Both the position numbers and the translations under genes were made by a program. From assembly GCF_009914755.1 (NCBI RefSeq), contig NC_060928.1: a DNA stretch of 64,000 bases. One strand, written 5' to 3'. Below the pieces are notes generated by a model that saw only the letters and a program-made list of their open reading frames with translations, did not search any database and was not told the origin of the DNA. Of the stretch, positions 16,900-33,205 are shown piece by piece (position 1 is the stretch's first letter; each line of letters starts with the position of its first letter). The DNA comes from the human T2T-CHM13v2.0 reference genome, Homo sapiens.

Positions 16900-17421
16900 G
16901 AAAAATGGATACTGAGGGGACAATCAGTAGTCATATCCCTGCAGCAAGCTTTCTAACAGGAAAAAAAAAATGGGAGTAACTTGAATTGGGTAAATAATTA
17001 TAGTAATTCATATGATGGAATACCATGTAGCTAATTTAAAAAGTAAAGTTACCCTACAGGTACTGCTATGAAAATTTGCCTAAGATACAATGATAAGTAA
17101 AAACATGTTACAGAGTAATAACGTGTTGCATAGGACAATACTGTAAATGTGGTTCATTCCATCAACAGACACTGAGCCCTGCGACGTGCCTGGCTCTATT
17201 CTACATCTGAGGGACACAAGGTGAACAAGACCAGGCCACTGTATTCAACATCTACATTTAATGGAAATTTTTGAAAGAAGACTTGAGAGATTATAACAGT
17301 GGTCTTCAGCATCAGGGAGTAGGCCTAGAAGAAGAGGAGGTCAAGAAGTGGCTTTTCTTATTATCTTCTTAACTCTTCAAATTTTTACTATGAGCAATTA
17401 TTATTTTTTATTAAAATTTTA

Positions 17422-17718
<297 letters not shown>

Positions 17719-20230
17719 TTAACAAATTTTTAAAAATATAATGAAAGTTTAGTAAACAAATGTCCTGCAAACCAGTTGCCTAAGGCCCTCGGCAAATACC
17801 TCAGAGCTGTATTTGGCCATTTTTTTTTTTTTACCACTATGAAATGCCTTTGATTTCAGTCACTTTACCTCTCTGTGGCCTTAACTTCCTGGCTGAGAGG
17901 CTGGGCTGTTGATATCCAGCCTGACTATTCCTCAGGGCAGCAGAGAGAATGAAGCAAAACTGGGAATGTTATCAGCACTGTATAAATTGTAAAGTATGTT
18001 ACAAACCCAAGAGATTGCACTTCTATTGCTAGCACCCTGCACAAGACACAAAAGGCAATGAGGGGAACTGAAAAATAATTGTTATATGACCAGATGGTGA
18101 ACAAAGTACCGATCTTGGGGGGTAAATCACAGGGTCGGGAAGCATAAGAAACATAGGGTTCTTATTTCCATCAGTAAAAAACGTAGTAACCTTTGAAAAA
18201 CAGTGCAGCCAACTTTATTAAAAATAGCATCTGAGCTGGGACAAGTTCCAACAAGACTATAATGTTAGCTCCTCAAAGCACCTCTGAAAGCAATTCTATG
18301 ACTGCCAAGGGGTGCTACCAAAACACAAACAACAATAACAAAATCCCAGGAAGGATGATTCATAAATGCATAAGACGGATAAAGAAAGAAATGTTTTGAA
18401 GCAATTTACAAGGAAAACAAGTTAGAATTTCTTCCTTGGTCGAGGGGTAAAGGATGAAGACGGCCTTGCCCAGAAGGAGGAAATAATCAAAACAATGGCA
18501 TTAAAAGGTCTGGAAAAACCAATGAGAACACTGTCAAAATATGGAAGAGCCTAAAACAAAAACACAGGGACCAGGAAGCATCCTTGGAGAAGAGCCAGAC
18601 CATGCCACAGATTAAAAAACGAAGGCCCAGAGAAGTAAACTTACTTGCCCAAGATCTTTCTAAGGCACCTCATTTATCTGCATCCTAGGACATGCAGCCT
18701 TTCTTTCAAGTTTGTACAAGGAAGGGACACAAGAAAGGCCAAAGATAACATGTAAGGATTTCTAAGTACATAGAGAATAAGTCATTAATTATAGACCATA
18801 AATTAAAGTGGATGACAGAAGAGGTGAACATTGCTGCTAAACCCACATTTGTAGATCTATCGTTCAAAAGGCTACTCTACTTATCAACTATACTTTCAAA
18901 GTACAAAGCACATAAAGGACCTATTTTCAAAAGGACTAGTGTCCCCAGAATTCTGATGACAAAGATCATTCCTATAGTCTTATGAAGAAAGTGAAGCAAA
19001 AATGAAGTGACTCAGCCCAAGATCTCAGGATGAGTCAGAAGACACCTGACAGAATTCAAGGGTGATTACAGAGGAATTATGGCTACCGATGCCTCTGATG
19101 TAATTAATAATAATAGAGAACTCATAAATAGCATAGACTGTGTACAGTTACTGTTCTAGGGATTTTACTTGTATTTCATTCATTTTCATCTTCATAATAA
19201 CTCTATGAGGCAGACACTGCTACTGGCCTTATTTTAAAGATAAGAAAACTGAGAGGGCAGGGAACTATTCAAGTTCACACAGCTACTAAGTACTGGAATT
19301 GGGTTTGAACTTGAACAATCTGGCTCCAGTGTGTGTGCCCCTAACTACTACATAATATTGACTCTCAGGGAGGCAGAGTCTCCTTGGAACCACAGAACTG
19401 AAAGAACTGAAGAAACCGAAGAGGTCACAAAGTTGTTGGGAGAACCCCCTTCCTTCTGAAGCACCCCTTGAAATTTTCTAGAATGAGAACACACAAGTCC
19501 TTTTCCATGGAATCTCTACAGAGTACTGGCAACTTGTTTAGAGAAAACATAAAATTGAGGTTGGGAGTCAGAGGAGACATGAGATGTAGTTAAGAGGAAA
19601 GCAGATTTTTTTTCAAAATCACTTCAAAGACTGTGGACCTTTTATCTAGCCAAAGAATAAAAACAAATAATGTCAACTTTTAAAATGCTAAAAGAGAAAA
19701 CCGTACCAAAAAGCAAATTTGAGTTCTAGAGAGTAAACCATTCTACACCTAATAATGAAATAATGTGCAATCTTTACTAAATACTTGGATAGATACTGAC
19801 AATAATATAACAAAAACAATGGAAAAGGGAGAGAAAGAAAGTGCATATGCAGAACAAAATGTGTTAATATATTAATGTAGCTTATCTCTTGGTAACATAG
19901 CTTATCTCTTGGATTATTGCAGGGAGAGGGTAGGGGAGGAGAAAACTGGCGATGAATTAAATAGAGGAACGAAATTATTTATTTTAATCCAAAGAAAGCT
20001 GCAGAATATCTGTTATGCCTTTAAAAGATACGAACCCACAGACCAGCCTGGAGCACCCTCCATCTCCTCCTCTGGCTGCCTCTCCTCATCATTTGGTTTC
20101 AATGTCACTTCTTCAAAGCTACCTTCCCTGACCCTTCCCACTCATAGAATCCTGTCTGTTCCTCCACAGCCCTTAGCACAATCTGTAACATCATAATTGT
20201 AATTATTTAACAACTGTCTTCCCACTAGAC

Positions 20231-20450
20231 CACAGGTCTGCAAATTACAGCCTATGGGCAGAATATGACCCACCAATTGTTGTCATAAATAAAGTTTTAC
20301 TGCAACACAGCCATGATCATTCATTTACTTATGGCAACTACTTTCACAATATTAACAGCAGAATTGCGTAGCTGTGATAGAGACACTACGGCCCACAAAG
20401 TCTAAAGCATTTACTGTCCAGACATTTACAGAAAAGCTTACCAACCCCTG
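20231..20450 (+). mobile_element. MER58A-like hAT-Charlie MITE
   Basis: Terminal motifs caggtctgcaaa...ccaacccctg and internal aaataaagttttactg...cacagcc. Confidence 0.75.
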
Positions 20451-21299
20451 TACTATGCCATAAGCTTTATAAGGGCAGCAATTAGGTCTGATTCATTTGC
20501 CAGCACCTAGTAGAATGTCTGGTTGTATAGAAGGCACTTGATAAATTTGCTCACTGAATAAACTTGGGAAGCAGGGGAAAAGTTAGCAGTAGGTGCCACT
20601 CATTCAGAGAACTTCACATCTACATATTCATTTAATCTTGCCTGCCACCCCAAGGCAGATTACTCTTAATATCCCCATTCTACACATGAAAAAAATGTAG
20701 GGAACCTGCCCAAGCTCACTCAGCCAATAAGAGCAGATCTGGGATTCAAACCTATGTAAATTCGGTTCCTGAGTCTGAGCTCTGGACCACAAGCCAGGAG
20801 AGGAGATATTTTCATTCACATTTTCAGTAATTCTTTAGCTACAGATGTAAGGCTTGGGCAGCCAGCCAGGAACTGTCTCTGAGTATGTCCACTTTGGCTG
20901 CTGGCTGTCACACATTACCTAACCACCGGGCACTTACCCAGAGTGGCTACGAATGCCTGACCTGTTTAGTTAGCAACATATCACCACGGAGCCCCTGTCC
21001 CACTGAGCAATACTGAATGTGACTCTCTCTGCCAAATAAATCACTGATGGGGACTCATTATCCCCATGTCATAGCTGAAGGAAATGAGGTTAACTAACTT
21101 GCCAAGGTCAAGTGTTAGCATGAGGCAGAGGTAAGTGGTGAACCTATGATCTTAACACCATTATTCCACAACCCTGGCTCCTGTTTCAACAGCCCACTCC
21201 TCTCCAGGCTTCAACAGGGAAAGCAATCATGAACAAGAAGGCAGTCAAGGGGCATTTTCATCCCACAGCATGACAACATGTCACTTCTATGTCTTATGT

Positions 21300-21613
21300 C
21301 AGAAGTCCCCAACCCCCAGGTACAGTTCTGTGACCTGTTAGGAACCAAGCGGCACAGCAGGTGAGCAGGCATTACCACCTGAGCTCTACCTCCGGTCAGA
21401 TCAGCAATAGCATTAGATTCTCATAGGAGAGTGAACTCTATTGTGAACTGCGCATCAGAGGGATCTAGGTTGCATACTCCTTCTGAGAGTCTAATGCCTG
21501 ATAATCTGAGGTGGAACGTTCATCCCAAAACCATCCCCAGCTCTGCCCAGGTTTGTGGAAAAATTGTCTTCCACAAAACCTGTCCCTGGTGCCAAAAAGT
21601 TTGGGGACCGCTA
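21300..21613 (+). mobile_element. MER1B-like hAT-Charlie element
   Basis: TIRs cagaagtccccaac / tttggggaccgct; 8-bp TSD tcttatgt/tcttacat, consistent with CpG decay. Confidence 0.85.
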
Positions 21614-21670
21614 TCTTACATGATATTGAATTAAAAAAAAAAAAAAAAAAAAACCTCTGAAAAAAACCTT

Positions 21671-22311
<641 letters not shown>

Positions 22312-22626
22312 TTAGAGATAACAAAATGAAGTCCTCATGCAAAACTAAAACTTCAAGTCAAAAGCAGAACAAAGAATCTTGAGACCATGCCTGTTTTCTA
22401 GCTGCAGGTGGAAGACAAGGAAATAGCCACTTATGTCACTGAACTCAGTGAGCTAGAAGCAAGAACCTCATTTCCAATTCAATCCTTCTACAAAGCCACC
22501 AAGATGCTGCCTGAATTATCATGTCCCCTAAGCTCCTACTTTACCCACAAATACACTTCCCATCTGTTCCCAGAAAGGCAGCAGAGGAGGCTGGGGTCCT
22601 TGCAAAATCCTAGGTCAAAGAGGCCT

Positions 22627-23008
22627 TGATATGGTTTGGCTCTGTGTCCCCACCCAAATCTCATCTAGAATTGTAATTCCCACAATTCTAGGGGCCTGGT
22701 GGGAGGTGATTGGATCATTGGGGCGGTCTTTCCCCTCGCTGTTCTCATGATAGTGAGTGAGTTCTCACAAGATCGGGTTGTTTGAAAGTGTGTGGCACTT
22801 TCCCTTTCTCTCTTGCTCTCTCCTGCTCCACCATGGTAAGATGTGCCTGCTTTCCCTACACCTTCTGCCATGATTTTAAGTTTCCTGAAGCCTCCCAGTC
22901 ATGCTTCCTGTTAAGCCTTTGGAACTGTGAGTCAATTAAACCTCTTTTCTTCATAAATTACCCAGTCTCAGGTAGTTCTTTATAGCACTGTGAGAATGGA
23001 CTAATATA
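22627..23008 (+). mobile_element. MSTA/THE1-like solo LTR
   Basis: tgatatggtttggctctgtgtccccacccaaatctc...ggactaatata; 5-bp TSD GGCCT at 22622-22626 and 23009-23013. Confidence 0.9.
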
Positions 23009-26000
23009 GGCCTGCTCTGTAAATTTTATTAATAGGGTGATTTCATCCTCCCATCTTCTCATCCAAGCTCAAGGTCTTCATCAGTGAAAATCACAACACC
23101 TGCATTCCCACCTTACAGCATGGGGAGCACTGCAGGAGTCAACATGCCTCAATGCACTTGTGCGGCAACCCGGCCCTCGGGAACCAGTCCCTCCTGGGTC
23201 AGTATTGCACCATCAGAGATATTTTCCACTAATGTAACAAAACCATCCTGAAATGTGCTGATTATGAAATGTAAAATATAAAATTCTGGGCTCTCTCCTC
23301 CCATCCTCAAATAGAGTAGCAATGGGAGAAAAAACATGAGTAAGTTGTTCTTTACAGCAATGTTATTTACTCAAAACTCTCTGTGGTGAGCTACATCCAG
23401 AAACTAAAAACATGGAGATAAAATGAATGGATAGAGTAATTTTGTATCTGTCAAGTTTAGTAACAAAAAAATTAAGGCTTGCATTTTATTTCTCTTTGGG
23501 TTTTTTTAATTCCATTTTGCTAGTTATTCCTTTTTATTGTATTTTACAAATATATTGGTCTGAGACAGATTGAAAATAACAATAAAACTGGTCCTTCCCT
23601 ACAGACTCTGAAAATAATTACCAACAGCAAGGTATTTAAATAAAATTGAGTTTATTTTCCTAAATATGTGAATAGCTGCTGAAGCTCACTTCTAATAAGA
23701 GAAATGCAAACTACAAATATACTAAGACACCATCTTTCCCCTGACTGGCAAAGATCAAAAGGTTTCTGGGTAGCACACTGCTTTGGCAAGGCTGCAGGCA
23801 GCCAGAGTCACACATATTGCTGATGGAGGGCAATTTGGCAAAATCCATCCCAGTTACAAATGCAAATCCATTTTTAGGAAGTCGGTCCACAGATATACTC
23901 CCACATATGGACAAAGTTGTTCCTTACAGCCTTGTTTGTAAAAACCGAAGACTAGAAAACTACCTACAACATGTCCTGCTAGTCAGTGAGGGCCTGGTTC
24001 AGTGAATTCAGTAGACTCAAGCAAGTGAATACTCTGCAGCCATAAAAAAAGAATGAGGTGGCTCTTCCCACAGACCCTCCTACAAGACACAAACAGCAAG
24101 GGGCAGATCAGGACAGATCAGGGTATACTCTATGTACTCTTTGTGTTTTTAAAAACTAAGAGAGAAATATAAACACAGTTGCTTGTATATGCATATAACT
24201 CTAAATGGAAGCATAAGAAACTATAACTATTGATAGATGCCAGAGATAAGAATTGGACACTGGGTCTATTTTCAACATACAACCTTGTGCACATTTTGAA
24301 ATTTCTGCCACATAAACTCATAGTACCTATTCAGACACTTTACTTAAAAATTTAGAAAAGAAACTGCGCTTAGCTACTTCATGTATTTCTCAGTTAGGAA
24401 GGCTGTGTGTGCCAAATGACACAAAAGAGTGTGGTATAAGCTCATTCAAAGACAACATATCTTTTACTACAGAATGTGCTCTCATTCTCAGGAAAAGGAA
24501 AAACATTGTATCTTGACTAGTGACAACAAAAGCTTGGCCACACACCACCAGCATGTGTCTTCCAATGGCATTTTTGTCAGAAATCATAGCTTCTTCCTCC
24601 TTTTGTCCTGCAGCCCTTCCCTAGTTCTCCTTGACTGAAAACCATAGCTGGTTTATAACACACATGCTCGTCTTCTTGCCACTGCTCACCAGCAGGAGTG
24701 GTTCTTATTTTATAGACCCAGAGAGGCCTCAGTGACCTGCCCAACACCGCTAAAGCTGGAAAGCAATCAGAGCCTGGGATTTCTGAGTCCTAGCTCAGGG
24801 CTCTGTCTACTACAGTGTTTGGTGGACTCTTTCACTAATGGAAATAAGAAGGGCACTGGAAGAAAGTGGTAATGCAATGCCCAGGCAACAGGCTAAGCAC
24901 TAGACATCAATCTCTCTGCTTAAGCCCCACAATGACCCAGGAAGGTAAGTTCTCTCATCACCCACAGGCTATGGATAAGAAGCATGTCTTTACAAGGGTA
25001 GAGAACATCAAGCTCTCATACCCAATCAACAGTGGTGTAGAAAGTCCAACCATATCTCAGCCATGTGCTCACTTGCCTCCCAAGGAAGCTCACCGACCAG
25101 ACCATCATCTACAAAGTAGTTCAACAAATGGTGCTCCTCCAAGAGCCGATTATTTGAGCCACTACAAAAAACCTCTTATCTGAGCCAATGTCACCCAAAC
25201 TATGGGCCATGAATCCTGGAGGGAGGGGAGTTACTCTTAGGTGGCACCAGTATGAACAGTTTTAAGTGTAGCAATAATGTTTTTGAAAAGGATTAGAAAA
25301 GCATAAAATTAGCTCATCAAACCCATCATTTTGCAGATGTTTCAGAATAAGGTCAAATTAGGGTGAACAGATTTAAGGAAAACTAAGTAAATAAGTTCAA
25401 GTGATACACAGATGTAGCAAAAACCATGAACAATGATGACAAACTGACATTTGAGTATCACTGACCTAAGCAACTGGATCCATCCCACAGTTTTTCTCTA
25501 GAGTAAGAAAAGCTTGGAAATAATAGGTTATCCACCCCTACACTGCCAACCATACAATATGCATTCGTTCTGAATGTTATTTTTTATTTATTTATTTGTA
25601 TTTGCCTTCTCTCCATTACTACATTACCCTCTGATTCATGAGGCAGGGAAACCCAGTTCCTGAAGCATACTGAAACTCTGCATTTAAATAGGAGTGTCCT
25701 ATGGTAGCTTAACCTTAGAGGGACCTACCTCTAGTTTGCCCTGAATAGCTCAGATTACACCTACAGATCAATTAATATTTTATAATTACTCTGAGCATTC
25801 TTTTCTCTTTGAAAAGTATCTGACTTGGGAACCCAATTAGACAGTTTCCTGTTGTCCTGTCATCCACTACAGCAATGATTAGAAGAGTCCTGTGGGCCTC
25901 TCTCTACCCGTGTCTCCCAATACCACAGAAACAGGGCCACAGGGCCCCCTCACCACCACAGCACCCAGTCAGAACCAAACCATGCTGTGAATTTGGCCTC

Positions 26001-27711
26001 TGCTTTTGCCAACTTCCTTCCCCAATGTCACTCCTCCCAAAGTGCCCCACTAAATGTGGACAGCAGGTCAAAATGGAAGTAGAATTTCACTGGATCCTGA
26101 AATACCAACAGCTTTGCACTTTGAGCAAACAGAAGGAAAATAATGATGAACTAAAAGAGTGAGAATAATTATGAAAACTAACAAGCATGAAGGCATCATA
26201 GCTCACACAGTGCTTCCATGGGCAGGATCTCTTCTGATGCTCCCCAAAAAGCTTTAAAGAAGGTATTTCATTGACTACCTTTGTTGTAAAAAGATAAATA
26301 GGATCTGAGATTTACCAAACAGGATTCTGAATTCCAAACTCCTCCACTTTACAACTATATGGAAAATAGAAGTTGTTTTGTTTTTCCCAAAGCCTTGCTG
26401 CTCTAAAAATGGTCCCGAAACCAGCATTATCTGTACCACCAGAGAGTTTGTTAGAAGTGCAAAATCTCCGCCCTGCCCCAGACGTGCTGAATCCAAATTG
26501 ACATTTCAACTAGACCTCCAGCTAATGCCTATGCATGATAAAATTGGAGGCATACTGCTTTACTCCAAGGCAATTCTTCCATTCTACCAAATTACATCCC
26601 TTCATTCATTTATCAATATTTATTTATTGAGCACCAACCACATATGTGCTAGGCACTGTGCTGACAGCTGGGAAATCAACACTGAATAATACAAATAAAT
26701 ACAGTTCCTGCCCTCATAGAGTTGTCAGTCTAACATGGTGGTTTATCAACCTTGGATGCTCACATCGGAATCAACTGTGGCACTTAAAATACACACACAC
26801 ACATACACACGCAGGTGCCTAAAATTCACCCCAGACTACCTATATCTACATACTGTCAGAAACGCTGGAGACTGGGACCCTAGAAACTGCATGTCAATAA
26901 AGCTCCAATTGGTGGAACCACTTTGGAGAGCAATTTGACACACCTAGCAAAGCTGCAGATGGGCGCATCCTAAAAGCAGCATATTGACTTCCAGGATTAT
27001 ACCCTAAAGAAATGAAGACACCTGAGCAAAGAAGACAGAAGCAAGAACATTCGCTGCAACACTGTTTCCAGAGAGAATATTGTAGAAACTACCAAACTGC
27101 CCCTAAATAAGAGAATGAATAAGTAAACCATGGTTAAGTCAAAGAATCCTGTTACAGAGCAGTCAGAATGAATAAACTCGACCTCTATGTGTTGACATAA
27201 TCTCAAATATACTTGTTGAGTAAAGAAAGACAGTTGCAAAAAGCTACACGATTTTATCCACACACAAACGTTGCAATCCATTGCTTATGAATTCATAAAT
27301 ACAAAGTAAAGTATAAGACATGTTTGGTAAACACCATATCAACTTCAGGAAAATGGTTTGCTCTGGGAGGAAGAGAAAGGAAAGAGATTGGGTTGAGTTA
27401 GTGTCTGTTTTTAAGGTAAAAGAGTCTAAAAAGAGTTAGTGCTGTTTTTACAGTAATATGTCTAAAAATAAAAGTAACCAAATATGGCTACATTTTAATA
27501 TCTGTTAAATCTGAAGGGTAGGTAAACATATATAACATTATTTTTTCATGCTTTTTTGTATGTTAATGTTTTGTGATTTAATTATTATTTTTAAAATTTC
27601 TTTTAAAAGCTTCACAGGTGATATGATATAAAGCCAGTGCTGAAAATCTCTGTTCTGAATATATAAACTAATACAAAACCTGGCTATTTAATACCAAGAA
27701 AAAGTTAAGTT

Positions 27712-28003
27712 GGCCGGGTGCAGTGGCTCACGCCTGTAATCCCAGTACTTTGGGAGGCCAAGGTGGGCGGATCACGAGGTCAAGAGATCAAGACCATCCC
27801 AGGCAACATGGTGAAACCCTGTCTCTACTAAAAATACAAAATTAGCTGGGCAAGGGGGCACGTGCCTGTAGTACCCTACTCAGGAGGCTGAGGCAGGAGA
27901 ATCGCTTGAACCTGGAAGCAGAGGTTGCAGTGAGCTGAGATCATGCCACTGTACTCCAGCCTGGCAACAGAGTGAGACTCCATCTCAAAAAAAAAAAAAA
28001 AAA
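27712..28003 (+). mobile_element. Alu
   Basis: Dimer; TSD agaaaaagttaagtt. Confidence 0.94.
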
Positions 28004-29019
28004 AGAAAGAAAGAGAAAAAAGAACAGAAAAAGTTAAGTTACTAGCTTAAATAATTTTACATTCATTTTTTTAAAAACTTTCACATGGCAGGTAATTTCT
28101 TAAGCAATATTTTTTAAGAGGCTGAGGTTATTACCCAAGGGAAGCAATATTTCTCCAAGCATGGTCCTCAGCTCACCTATAACAGAATGTGGAGGGAGTA
28201 GAAGGAGGAGGGAACACTAATTTAAAAGGCAGATTCCAGAGCCCCAACTAAGACCTACTTAATCAAACTCTCTGGGTGTTGAACCCCAGAGTCTAAATTT
28301 TTAATAAGAGAATGCACATGTGGGAACCATTCTTTGGTACACCAAAGAACCTAAAACCATACATTTCTTTGTTTAATGAGGTAATACTCATCATACTCTG
28401 AAAATTAAAATGAAGTGTAGAGAATACTTTCTAAATATTTAAGACAGTAATTCCACCAGTATATATTCAAGCAGATCCAGATAAAAATTTTCCTGCACTG
28501 TGTACCTAACCTGAAGGACAGAGAAATGTATTTTAGGAAGATGACCATCGTTTCACAATGCCTTTCTAAAAGAACTTGAAAAAGCAACTGGGTAAACAGG
28601 AAAACTCTGCAAGTCCAGCTTTGCTGCTGTTCTCACCAGAACAGGCCCCAGACACGATTTTCACTAAAGCCAATGTCAATTAAACAAAGCAAATGTGGCT
28701 TGAACAAGGCCTTGCTGGCACAGGCAGGTCTCCCAAATTTACTCTCAAAATTCAAGGTATCTTCTCAGTGCTACTCTATTATCTTTTTGTTACTAGTTTT
28801 CACCCCTCCACAGTGATTATCTTGTCATCATTTTTTTCACCTGCATCTTCCAATCCATCCCTACCTTTCATGACTTTTGCTTTGGTCTCCTTGATTTTCC
28901 TCTTCACTGTCCCTTCTTCATTGTCCCTGTTTTCAGACAAAACCAAAACTACAATCCTGACTTTCAAGACCTGGAAAACTGTTCTCAGGCCCCTGAGTTG
29001 AAAACAAACCAGCATAACA

Positions 29020-29800
29020 AACACATGAAAAGATGTTCAACCTCCCCTAGCAAACAGGAAAAGTGCAAATTTTAAACCACAAAGGCACAATGTCACACCC
29101 ATCAGACTGGCAAAACATCAAGTCTAGCAATATCAAATATCTGCAAACATGTGAAGCAACTGGAACCCCCAAACGCTGCTTGGTTGGAATGCAAATTGGC
29201 ATAACTTCTTTGGAGAGCAATCAGGCAACTTATTAAAGAAGACGATCAAATTCCTTTGACCCAGCAATTCCCTTCCAGGTTTACACCACAGAGAAACTGT
29301 CAACTGTCAACTGTGTATACTATACACAGGGAGATGAGTTCACAACTGTTCATTGCATTAAAACAGCACACTCACAAATTTGTAAACCTGCTTACAACAT
29401 TAAAATGAATGTGTCATAGCATATTTATATAATGGAATGTTATACAGCAGTTAAAATAAACTAGGATTATGTGTCTCTCAATGGATAAATAGCAAAATCA
29501 CAATTTAAACAATAAAAGCAAACTGAGAGGAATGTTTAATATTATAAAGCATGTTTAAAACATGAAAAAATACACTATATCTAGTTTATGAATGCATACA
29601 AATCTAGTAAAAATATAAAAATATACAATAAACACTAAATGCAGAATAGTGGTCACTCTGTGGGGAGAGGCAATGAGATCAGGAAGGACTCATAGGTGGT
29701 TTTAAATGTATATATAGTATTTTATTTCTTCACTGGGTGGGGAGTACACGAGTATTCACTCTATTATTCCACATTTCTGTATGTCTAAAATTCACCATCA
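29020..29800 (+). mobile_element. Old L1M (L1ME-like) 3' fragment
   Basis: catgaaaagatgttcaacctc...cacccatcagactggcaaa...tttgacccagcaattcc; similar fragments at ~23680-24340 and ~26900-27600. Confidence 0.7.
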
Positions 29801-30118
29801 CTCAGAAAAAAAGGCAAAGTCTGAGCTAATTTAAAAAGTATCTGAGGGTTCTAAAAGTGACATTGGAACTTGAGGAAGAAAAGGAAGGTTGGCCCTATGA
29901 GGGTAAAGTGAAGCTTTGGCGACCACAGAGTCCCATCACCATGATCTTAAAACTATCCATTGCAAAGAATCATTCTGAGAATTGGGGTAAACTTCCATGT
30001 ACAGCACTTACAGCATCCCTCAAACTTCAAGCCATAGTCCCAGAAGAGAAATATTCCAAAAACCCTTTACTGTTAGGGTTGTTCGCTAACACAGAGTTCG
30101 TCTCAAGAATGTTTTCGT

Positions 30119-30414
30119 GGCAGGGCACAGTGGTTCACACCTATAATCCTAGCACTTTGAGAGGCTGAGGCGGGCGGATCACCTGAGGTCAGGAGTTTGA
30201 GACCAGCCTGGCCAACATGGTGAAACCCTATCTCTACTAAAAATGCAAAATTAGCCAGGCATGGTAGCAGGCAACTGTAATCCCAGCTGCTCAGGAGATT
30301 GAGGCAGGAGAATCACTTGAATCCAGGAGGCAGAGGTTGCAGTGAAGCCATCGCACTCCAGCCTGGGCAACAAGAACAAAACTCTATCTCAAAAAAAAAA
30401 AAAAAAAAAAAAAA
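30119..30414 (+). mobile_element. Alu
   Basis: Dimer with long A tail. Confidence 0.93.
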
Positions 30415-31454
30415 GATTTTGCTGATTGATTTTTGGGTGGCCTTTTCTCTTAAAGACCACCAAGGCCTTTCAAACCCTTAGATCAGCATTTGGTTCCACC
30501 ACAACTGAAGGTTTGTTATAAGAAGCTGCATTAAAATAATTAGACCAGAAAAGTTAACTAGACTAAAAGACACCATCTTTTACATCTCTTCCAGTTAGTT
30601 AGCTTTGGGTGGCTTCATGGGTAAGCTAGAGATAGAGATAGGTGGTTACCAAATACCTTTCTGATGATACCACAGAATTTAATACCATCATGGAACCCCA
30701 ATCTATTCACACTAACTAGAAAGACCAGGAGGGGGAAAAAAAAGACATCTGAGCTAGAGAAATTTCTCTTAATTGCTAAGAGAATCAAAATTGAAAATGC
30801 CTTTCAATTATAACCCAAACATACCAAAATTCCACTTAGTGAAGAATAAATAAACAGATTTTATGGTATGAGTGAACTGAAGCACATAAAGTTGTTATAC
30901 AGAAAAGGTATCATAATCTTTCATTCTAACTAAATACCAGCATTCAACTTTGTTTTCTCTGAGGAGTCCAAGAAAAACAGAAAAATCCGCAGAACTAATT
31001 GTCAGGTCCCGACCTAATATAAACCTCTGCATATGAGACCAGTGGGGCCAGAAAAACAGAATTTCTTTTCTTTAAACATTAATCCACCTCACCTCAGACT
31101 GTATTTTCTAATCCCAGCAACTATCAGAGTAGACCCTCATATGACTTTACACCTAGCTGATATATTAACTAAACTTATAATTGCCAACTATCTTTGAGAA
31201 TGGAAAGCATGAATAACAGTAACAGAGGAAAAGGCAAGATATCTGTTCCCCCAAATCACAAGATGGACATATTTTTTAATAATTAAAAAGTTGTTTCCAA
31301 CCATTCTCAAAATACTTGCCTTAGGTAAGTAGTTGACTTATCAAGATAAAACTATAAAAATACTCTAGTTTTGTTTCAAAATTGTAATGTTTACTTTCCC
31401 TTTATTTCCAGATAACTTCATTTATTTATATGATACATTTTTATTTACATGATT

Positions 31455-31588
31455 TTGTTTGTTTCTTTTTGGTAGAGATTGGGTCTCACTATGTTGCCTA
31501 GGCTGATCTTGAATTCCTGGGCTCAAAGAATCCTCTTGCCTCGGCCTCCCAAAGTACTGGTATTACCAGTGAGCCACCATGCCCAGCC
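31455..31588 (-). mobile_element. Alu left monomer (FLAM-like)
   Basis: Single reverse monomer. Confidence 0.8.
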
Positions 31589-33190
31589 TACCTCATTTAT
31601 TTAAAAGAACTAAAATCTGGCACTCAAACTGATGTCAAAAATTATCCTGAGGCTGTTCTACAGACGCTAAAATGCTAACATGTCATAAGTTCAATACAGT
31701 TTTAAACAAGGTAGTTAGGTAATGAAGTGGTTGCTAACCAATTAAGAGGTGCAGATTTTCATAAAGCCTTTATCTAAGGAATTCTACCATGAAGTTTTTC
31801 ATGACCAAAAACAGAAAATCAGTTTTACAAGATGAGAAAAACTAAGGTCTCCGGAAATACAACAGTTTGCCCAAAAGCACCATTAGATTCATGCTTAACT
31901 GGAGAGACACCCAATGGTGCAGATTTCAATTCTAACTCACATTGACTACAATCATGTCCTCATATAAAATAAAAGCCAGAAGCAGAATGTGTATACAACT
32001 TTGGTCAAACGAGAATGTATTTTTGAAATGTCCTGTTGTGTTAATCGGTCTTTCCACTGTACAGCTGCTGGGAGTTTATTCAACTTCTATCTGTGCTGAT
32101 ATAACACTGTATTGAAATTGTTTCATCTTTACCAATGTTAACACCCACAAGATAAGGAACAGCTGAGCCCCTTGGGGACAGGGACTCACCTCATTCATTT
32201 ATTAAGCACTTGAGTATAGTCTGTGCCAACACCAACATAGCAGGTCCTCAACAGATGGCCATTTATCGGAACAAAACTCGTAATCATTTGATACACAGCA
32301 TTTTCTCAGAGGTACATCTTACAGCATTATTAACAAATGAAATAAGATTAGATGATCTGAAGCAACTTGCATTGGTATGTCACATTTGGTTTCTTCTAAC
32401 TAATGCTTCCTTTTTAGAAAATTTCTCAAGCTCTTCAAATAGGAAACTTAAAAAACCCAAAAACAAAAACTTTCCATTTGCAGGGCCATAAAAATATATA
32501 GGAAGTTAAATCCATTGGTCTGGACAAAAATCAGAGGATTATCAACAGAAGACATTTCCTCATGCTTGGTAGCAGCTAGTGCATTATGAAAATTACAACA
32601 CACCAGCCAAACAAGCTTTACTATCTCTGAACCACACACTGCTGTGTGGCCAAGCTGCCTTGCCCTGAGCAAGTTCATCAAGAATTACCATGGCAGGAAT
32701 TCACATGGAAGAAAAATTAAAACAAATAGAAACTAGTACTAAACTTCCAGTGAACAATAAAACTTCAGCAAGTGGGTGGGTAAGTGGAGGAATGAAGATA
32801 TTTTCCAAGTTTCCTATAACTAAAACTGGCACAAGAAGTATGGGGAAAAGAGGGGATGTTTAGTTCTCAATCACACGAAGTATCTGCTACAAATTTGATT
32901 TCTGCTCTGCTGGGTCCTTTCTTATCTGGTGGAGGAAACAAATCCACTTTCAATGATAGATCTTCGTTTTTTCCTGTTACCCAGAAAAATGGTACCTTCT
33001 AATATCCTTTCTGAACACATATCAGCCTGTTCAAAATATGTTAAACGATGTGCTTAAGAAAAAAATGCAATCACCATTTGCTCTTACTACAACTACTCAA
33101 ACCAGCTGGGACCAAAGTTAGGAGCGGGAAGGGTCAGTAAGAGGCCCACAGAGGAGCTAAGCAGTGAGAAGGGACCTGTAAGACACCTAC

Positions 33191-33205
33191 CTGAAAACAA
33201 TTCAT
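33191..33205 (-). CDS. USP46: USP46 alternative first coding exon (MNCFQ)
   Basis: Minus strand reads ataATGAATTGTTTTCAG|GTAGGT; phase 0 donor compatible with exon 2; MNCFQ matches the alternative USP46 N-terminus as I recall it; GC boxes lie just upstream. Confidence 0.85.

Noticed and set aside
19878-19912. 15-bp direct repeat tagcttatctcttgg with a 20-nt period
   Set aside because: Ordinary slippage duplication with only two copies; not an array.
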